A DNA stretch of 64,000 bases. It comes from Pseudomonadota bacterium. Its GTDB lineage: Bacteria > Pseudomonadota > Gammaproteobacteria > JAADHS01. Positions 45,643 through 52,796 of the stretch are shown piece by piece (the first letter of the stretch is position 1; the number at the start of each line of letters is the position of its first letter). The stretch covers positions 33,835-97,834 of the forward strand of contig JAKACW010000004.1 in NCBI GenBank assembly GCA_021821045.1, in the 5' to 3' direction. The notes under the pieces were generated by a model. It searched no databases and had not been told where the DNA came from. It saw nothing but the letters and a program-made list of their open reading frames with translations. The translations under genes were made by a program, and so were the position numbers.

Positions 45643-46313
45643 GCCGCCACCAGCTTGCCTTCATCCAGCCGCAACTGCCGACTGCAACGGGCGGCCAACT
45701 GATCGTCGTGGGTCACCAGCACCAAGGTTGTGCCGTGCTCCCGGTTCAGTTCGAACAGCAATTCGCCCACTTTCTCGCCGGTATGGCGATCGAGGCTGCC
45801 GGTGGGTTCGTCGGCCAGCAAGAGCTTGGGGTGGGTTGCGAAAGCGCGGGCGATGGCAACCCGCTGCTGCTCGCCGCCCGACAACTGTTTCGGATAATGG
45901 TGTAAACGATGACTGAGGCCGACTCGTTCGAGGACATTTCTCGCGGCGTCCCGGGCATTGGCGTTGGCCGCCAACTCGAGTGGAAGCATCACATTCTCTT
46001 CTGCGGTCAAACTGGGCAGAAGTTGAAACGATTGAAAAACAAATCCCATCAAGCGACCGCGCAACGCGGCGCGGGCATCTTCATCGAGGGCGGTGATTTC
46101 GGTGCCGTGAACGACGATGTGGCCGCTCGTGGGTCGATCCAACCCGGCCATCAAGCCAAGCAACGTCGATTTGCCCGACCCCGATGCTCCAACGACAGCG
46201 AGGCTGGCGCCGGTTTCAATGGTAAAATCGATGTCGGTCAGCAGCGTCAGCTCGCCTTCGGGAACCGTCACGCGCTTGACCACATCGGAAACTTTTACGG
46301 CTAATTCGGTCAT
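45639..46313 (-). CDS. ybbA: YbbA-like ABC ATP-binding protein
   Basis: [31 protein letters not shown]. Confidence 0.9.
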   Translation of the reverse strand: MTELAVKVSDVVKRVTVPEGELTLLTDIDFTIETGASLAVVGASGSGKSTLLGLMAGLDRPTSGHIVVHGTEITALDEDARAALRGRLMGFVFQSFQLLPSLTAEENVMLPLELAANANARDAARNVLERVGLSHRLHHYPKQLSGGEQQRVAIARAFATHPKLLLADEPTGSLDRHTGEKVGELLFELNREHGTTLVLVTHDDQLAARCSRQLRLDEGKLVAA

Positions 46314-46917
46314 GGGCTATCGCTTTTTGTTGCTGGTTGGACTTTGGTTTTCCGCGGCGGTTCATTCCGCCCCGGCGATCCTCGTTGTCGGCGATAGTTT
46401 AAGCGCCGGCTACGGCATCAAGCAAAGCGAGAGCTGGGTCACGCTGCTGCAAACTCGACTGCGTGAAAAAGGATTTGATTACGATGTGATCAACGCCAGC
46501 ATCAGCGGTGACACCACGGCGGGTGCGCTTGCACGGTTTGCGCCGCTGCTGCAACGCCATGCGCCGGAAATCGTCATCATCGAACTGGGCGGCAACGATG
46601 GTCTACGCGGACTTACGCTGGAAAGCTTGAAGGAAAATCTCGCTCAGATGATCACGCGCGCGCAACGCGAAAACGCCCGCGTCGTACTCGTGGGCATGGC
46701 CTTGCCGCCTAACTATGGGCCGCTGTATGACAGCGCGTTTCGCAACACCTACCGAGATCTGGCCCGGCAGTACAACACCGCGCTGGTACCGTTCTTTCTT
46801 GACGGAATCGAGAACGATCTGAGCGCATTTCAGCGCGACGGCATTCACCCCAACGCGGCGAGTCAGCCGCGGCTGCTCGACAACGTTTGGCCCGCACTGG
46901 AGAGCGTGCTGAAGTAG
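46312..46917 (+). CDS. tesA: TesA-like arylesterase/thioesterase (SGNH)
   Basis: Signal peptide, GDSLS, NASISG.TT, ELGGNDGLRG, DGIHP; its start overlaps the ybbA start in a CATG palindrome. Confidence 0.92.
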   Translation: MGYRFLLLVGLWFSAAVHSAPAILVVGDSLSAGYGIKQSESWVTLLQTRLREKGFDYDVINASISGDTTAGALARFAPLLQRHAPEIVIIELGGNDGLRGLTLESLKENLAQMITRAQRENARVVLVGMALPPNYGPLYDSAFRNTYRDLARQYNTALVPFFLDGIENDLSAFQRDGIHPNAASQPRLLDNVWPALESVLK

Positions 46918-46926
46918 CATTTGTCG

Positions 46927-47874
46927 CTAGACAGACCGGTAATCGTTAACCCAGTCGAAATTGCCGCGGCTTTCCAATTTGCGCGCCATCCCGCGCAAGC
47001 CCTGCAGCCCTCCCGTATGCACCGCGACGATAGTCGAGCCGGGCGCGAACCGGCCTTGGCGCACCAAGTCGTATAACGCGAAAAACATTTTGCCGGTATA
47101 CACCGGCTCGATGGGAATTTCATTGACCGCGCGAAATCGCGTCACGAACGCCAACAACTCATCGGAACATTTGGCATAGCCGCCAAAGTGATAGTCCGAC
47201 AACACCTGCCATGGACTCTTCGCCGCCAGCGCCGCCTCCCGCAGCAAGCGACGTACGTCCTCCGCCATGGAGGATTCACCCTTCAGAACCGATACGCCAA
47301 CTGCCTCGCTGCGGGCCGGAAGATGTGCCGCCAAACCCGCCAAAGTCGCGCCCGTACCGCAGGCGCACATCACCGCATCGGGCGTTTCACCAAGTTGATC
47401 AACGATTTCCTGAGCCAGCTCGCCGCAACCGGTCAAGGCAAGCGCATTCGCGCCCCCTTCGGGCAACAGAAAGAAACGGCCAAAACGTTCGTGCAACACC
47501 TCCAGCATCGCGGCGGAATCCTTGCACCGATAGGCCTCGCGCTCCACAAAAAACAGTTTCATGCCAAAGCGGCGCGCATCGCTCAAGGTGGGATTCTCCT
47601 CCACCCCTGGCGCGCCGCGCACGACGCCGATGGTGTCGAAGCCGCAAACCCGGCCGACGGCGGCGACCGCGTGCAAATGGTTGGAGTAGGCGCCGCCGAA
47701 AGTCAGCAGCGTATCGAAGCGCTGGCGGCGGGCCATCATGAGGTTGTATTTCAGCTTGCGCCACTTATTGCCGGAGATCTGCGGGTGAAGCAAATCGTCG
47801 CGCTTCACAAGAACACGCACCCCGTAACGGCTCAACTCGGGATCACGCAACTCCTGTAGAGGCGATTGATTCAC
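46927..47874 (-). CDS. D-cysteine desulfhydrase / ACC deaminase family PLP enzyme
   Basis: KRDD, SGNKWRKL, GGAYSNH, PEGG, GTGATLAG, PVYTGK, HTGG. Confidence 0.9.
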   Translation of the reverse strand: MNQSPLQELRDPELSRYGVRVLVKRDDLLHPQISGNKWRKLKYNLMMARRQRFDTLLTFGGAYSNHLHAVAAVGRVCGFDTIGVVRGAPGVEENPTLSDARRFGMKLFFVEREAYRCKDSAAMLEVLHERFGRFFLLPEGGANALALTGCGELAQEIVDQLGETPDAVMCACGTGATLAGLAAHLPARSEAVGVSVLKGESSMAEDVRRLLREAALAAKSPWQVLSDYHFGGYAKCSDELLAFVTRFRAVNEIPIEPVYTGKMFFALYDLVRQGRFAPGSTIVAVHTGGLQGLRGMARKLESRGNFDWVNDYRSV

Positions 47875-47962
47875 GCTGGCGCGTCTCCGCTGAAGTTCGA
47901 ACGGGATGGACTGTCCGCTGCAGGCGGAATGATCCGGCCCCACGAAAAAACGGCCCCCGGAG

Positions 47963-48041
47963 GTGGGAGCGGATCATTCCGCGACTCTTCGCCCGCGGCA
48001 TCGCCGCCGCGGATTCAAATTGCGGCCGGATCAGTTCCTAT
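47963..48041. repeat. GTGG-family REP unit with degenerate inverted partner
   Basis: GTGGGAGCGGATCATTCCGCGAC at 47963-47985; ATTGCGGCCGGATCAGTTCCTAT at 48019-48041. Confidence 0.7.
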
Positions 48042-48844
48042 GGCGCGCCGCGCTTGAGGCGTCGCTCGGTGAAATCCTCATCGACCAGACCGACATTTAC
48101 CCGAGCGTCAAGGGTTTTGTACGTCACAACGGAAAGGTCGCGCTGATTCTCGATGGTGACCGTATCCCAAACCCAGGTGTTGTCCAACACAATCCAGCTG
48201 TAACTTACTTTTTTCAGAATACGATCGTTTTTGTCGTAAAACTTGTCCGACCTCCGCGAGCACGTTGACCAGCCATCGGGCTTAATAAACTCCGAGATCC
48301 ACCGCGAATAGACCGACGGGCTCCTCGGTGTGTACTGGATCACGTAAATCGTACCCTCGGGCGTGGTTCGCGTTTCGACGAGCTGATGATCATCCTCATC
48401 GATCGCGCGGATCCGGAAATCCTCGTCGGTGAGCCCCCACGTCATGTCATTGGGATCGCGTTGCGATACCCGCCGCACCGTCTGCAATTCGGGAAGGTAA
48501 ACCCATTGCTCCGGTGGTTTGCCGCTAGCCGAACGATAAGCCCAACGCATGTAATTCACCCCGCGGCTTTCCTTCGGCGAAAGCGTGAACAACACCATCT
48601 TTTCTTCGAGGTCGCCTTCGCCGGCAGCGTCCTTCCAATAGCGCGTGTACTCGCTGGCGTTCTCCTTGCCGTCCGCCGATTTGATGGCGATTGCCAGGCG
48701 GGTGTGCTGATCCTTGCCCTGGTTCTTGTAATAGCACTGTTTGACGATCTCCTCCGCGGAGGGAGTTTCGGCCAATGCCGCCACAGGCAGTACGGCAGCT
48801 ACAACTATGGAAACAGACAAAACACAAAAAATGTGGCGTCCCAT
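48038..48844 (-). CDS. Outer-membrane lipoprotein-sorting protein (LolA-like)
   Basis: Signal peptide, F.LSP...RG..Y, QWVYLP....VRR, T.ED, FYDKND..LK, VNVGL...DFT...L. Confidence 0.82.
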   Translation of the reverse strand: MGRHIFCVLSVSIVVAAVLPVAALAETPSAEEIVKQCYYKNQGKDQHTRLAIAIKSADGKENASEYTRYWKDAAGEGDLEEKMVLFTLSPKESRGVNYMRWAYRSASGKPPEQWVYLPELQTVRRVSQRDPNDMTWGLTDEDFRIRAIDEDDHQLVETRTTPEGTIYVIQYTPRSPSVYSRWISEFIKPDGWSTCSRRSDKFYDKNDRILKKVSYSWIVLDNTWVWDTVTIENQRDLSVVTYKTLDARVNVGLVDEDFTERRLKRGAP

Positions 48845-49144
48845 GTTCTTCCCTAACGAAGGTCAACATTAACGAATGCCCCGACGGAGCGGGGATTCAG
48901 CCTACACCGTTGACCCTGGCCACGCAACGCGCCGCCTCTTCCGCCAAAGCGCATACGTAAAAAGCCCTACCCATCGAAAACTATAGCCCGTGAATCGACA
49001 AGCGCCAGGTTGTCGCCTACTCACTACATGCGTCGATGACGCGGCACCGACCGCAGCTTCCCGAGAGCACTCAATATGTCGCGGCACAGAAGGCCAGAGC
49101 ACGCAAGATATGGCGCGCCGTACCCACATTCGATCGGATTTGTG

Positions 49145-49177
49145 CGACCTGTCTCACTTTTGGATTGAGACAGGTCG
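49145..49177. promoter_or_regulatory. Perfect 12-bp inverted repeat in a divergent intergenic region (candidate operator)
   Basis: CGACCTGTCTCA-N9-TGAGACAGGTCG. Confidence 0.5.
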
Positions 49178-49387
49178 AATAACGAATTGTATTTAGCGCT
49201 ATTTTCCGCCATACTTACTGCCACTATCGCATTTCGCAGTTTCGTCCTGCAGCAACCGAAAATCGCAACTGGGTCTGTACGTATTTATCGAGTCCATTCC
49301 CTTTTGTAGCTTAGGAACTTCGGAACAATCACTGGGGCGCGCCGGCACACTAAGTGGTGCGGCGAAATCCAAGAGCGAAAATCACGC

Positions 49388-49921
49388 GTGAAAAGATTCA
49401 TCGGAATCGTCTGTTGCTCATGCGCCTGCGCATCCGCCCTGGCCGAACGGGCAGAACGCCCCGGCGTCCAAATCGTGGAAGCCCGCGCCTATACCACCAG
49501 CACTTGGGACATCAACTTTGCGCTGCTCGCGAACGACATGGGCGAGGCCGTTCCGCAGAATGACGAACCCGCCGAACCTGAAGCCGTCCAAGCCCCCTTG
49601 CCCAAACCCCGCCTCGCCGCAAAACATCATGCCCCAGAGTCCCGCGGATTGTTCGATTTCGAAGCGTTCACGCAGGCCCAGTATGCGACGTTTCGCAGCG
49701 CGGGCAGCGTCTACTTCAAAGGCAAGGCCGGCTATTTGTGGGAAACAGAAGACGAGCATCCTGACAATCTGACCATCTTCCAAATGGTGAACGGGCTCGA
49801 TGCCCACGGCGCGGTCGGTATCGGAGCGGGCTACAAACTGTCCAACGGCGAGCGGCTGGAGTTCGATTACACAGTCAATAAAAAAGACGAGAAAATGTTT
49901 TCGATCGGCTACAAGTTCTAG
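49388..49921 (+). CDS. Secreted hypothetical protein with partial OmpA-like beta-barrel
   Basis: Signal peptide ending ALA, Pro/Glu-rich linker, amphipathic strands YFKGKAGY, GIGAGYK, LEFDYT, SIGYKF with terminal Phe. Confidence 0.7.
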   Translation: MKRFIGIVCCSCACASALAERAERPGVQIVEARAYTTSTWDINFALLANDMGEAVPQNDEPAEPEAVQAPLPKPRLAAKHHAPESRGLFDFEAFTQAQYATFRSAGSVYFKGKAGYLWETEDEHPDNLTIFQMVNGLDAHGAVGIGAGYKLSNGERLEFDYTVNKKDEKMFSIGYKF

Positions 49922-49930
49922 TTTGTCGCT

Positions 49931-50440
49931 TTACTTCTTTGCGTTCTCGCCATAGTTCTTGCGTCGAAACAAGTCGCTGCGGTGGCTCACCAAGCGATCC
50001 AAGAACAACAACCCGTCCAAATGATCCAATTCGTGCTGCACGGCGCGCGCCTCGAATCCTTCCATCTCGAAGTTCTGCTCTCGGCCGTCGAGATCAAACG
50101 CGCGTAACGCGATTCGCTCGGCGCGGATGACGTTGCCCGTGTAGTCGGGTACTGAATGACACCCCTCGCGACCGAGAGCAAAGCCCTCCCATTGGGTGAT
50201 CTCCGGATTGATCAGAACCAGTCGGCCGTGATTTTTGTGTTTGGGTTTGGAGGAAACATCGACGATGGCCAGTCGAATCGTTTTACCGACTTGCGGCGCC
50301 GCAATGCCGACGCAACCGGGGGCCGCCAGGCGCGTCGCTTCCAACCGATCAACGAAATCACGCAACACGGCATCGAAGGCTGTGACAGGTTCACTGACCT
50401 GCTTGAGCTGAGGATCGGGATAGGTGAGGACTTCAAGCAT
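49931..50440 (-). CDS. def: Peptide deformylase
   Basis: GCVGIAAPQVG, EGCHS (variant of EGCLS), QHELDHLDG. Confidence 0.93.
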   Translation of the reverse strand: MLEVLTYPDPQLKQVSEPVTAFDAVLRDFVDRLEATRLAAPGCVGIAAPQVGKTIRLAIVDVSSKPKHKNHGRLVLINPEITQWEGFALGREGCHSVPDYTGNVIRAERIALRAFDLDGREQNFEMEGFEARAVQHELDHLDGLLFLDRLVSHRSDLFRRKNYGENAKK

Positions 50441-50449
50441 GAGCGGTTG

Positions 50450-50971
50450 CTAACCGATCACCAAATCCAGATCGGCGACCCGCACATCCAAACCCGCCCC
50501 CACGGCTTGACGCAGTCTGGATTGCAGCGCCTCGGCGGATTCGCGCCCCTTAGCCTCGATGTGCATGACATAAATCGGCCGCTCCTGCGTGCCGGCGACG
50601 TCCGTTTCCAGATGACAAATACTCAAGCCATCGCTCGCCAACACTCGCGTCACCTGAGCGACGATTCCCGGCCGATCGGCGCCAAAAACACTGATGCGCA
50701 GATTGGGAATGACGTGATGATGAAGCACGCCATCTACCGGGTCGACATGCAGATGGAGGTGCATCTTCTCGACCGCCGCTTCAAGCAAGGATCGCAGCGT
50801 CTTTTCGCCGTTCGCGTGGCGCACCATCATCATCACGGTAAAGCTGTCACCCAATCTCGCCATCGAGGCCTCGCCCAGATGACAGCCGCCGTCGAAAAGC
50901 GCTCCGGTGATCGCCGCGACGATTCCGGTTTGATCTTTGCCGACCGCCGTCACCATGTACCACTTGTCCAT
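50450..50971 (-). CDS. Tandem-ACT-domain protein (GcvR-like)
   Basis: G.DQTGIVA and GADRPGIVA ACT motifs; GGAGGT RBS before ATG 50971. Confidence 0.9.
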   Translation of the reverse strand: MDKWYMVTAVGKDQTGIVAAITGALFDGGCHLGEASMARLGDSFTVMMMVRHANGEKTLRSLLEAAVEKMHLHLHVDPVDGVLHHHVIPNLRISVFGADRPGIVAQVTRVLASDGLSICHLETDVAGTQERPIYVMHIEAKGRESAEALQSRLRQAVGAGLDVRVADLDLVIG

Positions 50972-50984
50972 AGCACCTCCTCGA

Positions 50985-51734
50985 CTAACCCGCGGATTCG
51001 AGCCACGCCAGTGTTGCCATACGACCGGTCTCGCCATCGCGCCGATAGGAAAAAAAACGCCGCTCGTCCGAGTATGTGCAAAAGGCGCCGCCGTAGACAG
51101 CCGTTACACCGGCGGCCGCCAAGCGCTGACGCGCCAGGGCACAAAGATTCGCTTGCCAACGGCCGCGGGTATTCTGCGTGAACGCGTCGGCGGCGCGGGC
51201 ATCCGCACTGACAAACGCGTCGCGCACCTCGGTTCCGACCTCGAAAGCGCCGGGGCCGATGGCCGGTCCAAGCCATGCCAGCAGCTCGCCACGTTCGGTA
51301 TGCATGCTTGACACGGTGCGCTCCAAGATTCCGGCGAGAAGGCCGCGCCACCCGGCATGGGCAACCGCCGCCCGTGTCCCGCGACGATCGCACAGCACCA
51401 CGGGCAGGCAGTCCGCCGTCAGCACCGCCGCAACCGTCCCAACCGCATCCACGACGCTCGCATCTGCACACGGGATGCCCGGAGCGCCCTGCGCCGATAC
51501 GACGTCGACCCCATGAACTTGATTCAACCACACCGGCTCGTTCGGAAGCGCCAAGGTTTCACGTACGCGTCGACGATTCTCAGCCACCGCCTCCGCGGCG
51601 TCGCCGACATGATGACCGAGATTGAGGGAATCATACGGCGCGACGCTGACGCCGCCGGAACGCAATGTCGATACGGCGCGCACGTTTGCCGGCGCAGGCC
51701 ACTCGGCCTTGATGTAGTCGATACTAGGCGCCAT
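50985..51734 (-). CDS. pgeF: Peptidoglycan editing factor / YfiH family
   Basis: LNLG.HVGD, QVHG, TADCLP, HAGWRG, GPAIG, FFSYRR...GRM. Confidence 0.95.
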   Translation of the reverse strand: MAPSIDYIKAEWPAPANVRAVSTLRSGGVSVAPYDSLNLGHHVGDAAEAVAENRRRVRETLALPNEPVWLNQVHGVDVVSAQGAPGIPCADASVVDAVGTVAAVLTADCLPVVLCDRRGTRAAVAHAGWRGLLAGILERTVSSMHTERGELLAWLGPAIGPGAFEVGTEVRDAFVSADARAADAFTQNTRGRWQANLCALARQRLAAAGVTAVYGGAFCTYSDERRFFSYRRDGETGRMATLAWLESAG

Positions 51735-52677
51735 GCTGCCTGAGCACCTCCACCAGCGCCAGGAAATCCGACGGCGGGGCAACTTCCCATTCGCACCATT
51801 CTCCGGTGGTCGGATGCTCCAATCCCAAACGGGCCGCGTGCAAGGCCTGGCGCTTAAAACCGCGCAACGCGTTGCGCACGCCATCCGAAGCGCCCGGCGG
51901 AATTTTTAGCCGGCCGCCATACACCGGATCGCCGACGATGGGAAAGCGAATGTGCGCCAAGTGAACCCGAATCTGATGAGTGCGACCGGTTTCAAGACTA
52001 ACGCGCAGCCAGGTATAGCCGGCGAACCGCTCATGCACGCGATAATGGGTTACCGCAGCCTTGCCTGTCTCGATCACCGCCATGCGCTTGCGGTCCACAG
52101 GATGCCGCCCCATGGACGCGGTCACCGTTCCCCCTGAAATTACTTCGCCCACTACGATGGCATCGTACTCGCGCTTCACGGTGCGCGCCTGAAGTGCGCG
52201 CACCAGATGTGTGTGAGCCGCGAGTGACTTGGCAACCACCAGCAATCCGGAGGTGTCTTTGTCCAACCGGTGGACGATGCCGGCGCGCGGCAGAGCGGCC
52301 AACTGCGGCGCATGATGAAGCAGCGCGTTGAGCAGCGTCCCCTCGCGGTTGCCCGCCGCCGGATGCACGACCCGATTAGGCGGCTTATTGATCACGACGA
52401 TATCCGGATCCTCATACACAATGGCGAGATCGATCTTTTGCGGCTGCCACGTCTCCACCTGCTCGAGCACCGCGTCGACGACCACGTTCTCGCCGCCCAC
52501 CACGCGGGTCTTCGCCGAAACGCCCGTCGCGCCGTCGACGGAAATGGCGTTCTCCGCCAACCAGCGTTGCAGCCGGGCGCGCGAGAACTGCGGGAAAAGC
52601 TTAGCCAGAGCCTGGTCCAGGCGCAGACCGGCAAGATCAGCCGTGATAGTCGATTGGTATTGATGTCGTTGCGTCAT
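51724..52677 (-). CDS. rluD: 23S rRNA pseudouridine synthase RluD
   Basis: S4 domain, VHRLDKDTSG, LETGRTHQIRVH, GDPVYG. Confidence 0.97.
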   Translation of the reverse strand: MTQRHQYQSTITADLAGLRLDQALAKLFPQFSRARLQRWLAENAISVDGATGVSAKTRVVGGENVVVDAVLEQVETWQPQKIDLAIVYEDPDIVVINKPPNRVVHPAAGNREGTLLNALLHHAPQLAALPRAGIVHRLDKDTSGLLVVAKSLAAHTHLVRALQARTVKREYDAIVVGEVISGGTVTASMGRHPVDRKRMAVIETGKAAVTHYRVHERFAGYTWLRVSLETGRTHQIRVHLAHIRFPIVGDPVYGGRLKIPPGASDGVRNALRGFKRQALHAARLGLEHPTTGEWCEWEVAPPSDFLALVEVLRQHGA

Positions 52678-52693
52678 AACATCCGATTATACA

Positions 52694-52791
52694 GGGGGTC
52701 AGACCCCCAACGAATCCGACAATCGGGGGTCTGACCCCGATCATTGGGGGTCAGGCCTCTAACGAAATCGGTTAGTCGGGGTCTGACCCCC
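52694..52791. repeat. Second cluster of four GGGGGTC(A/T)GACCCC REP-like units
   Basis: Units at 52694, 52725, 52746 and 52777 arranged as two inverted pairs with 16-nt linkers. Confidence 0.85.
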
Positions 52792-52796
52792 GGTTA

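Noticed and set aside
46311-46314. Head-to-head ybbA/tesA start codons sharing a CATG palindrome
   Set aside because: Divergent overlap of tesA and ybbA is an established conserved arrangement
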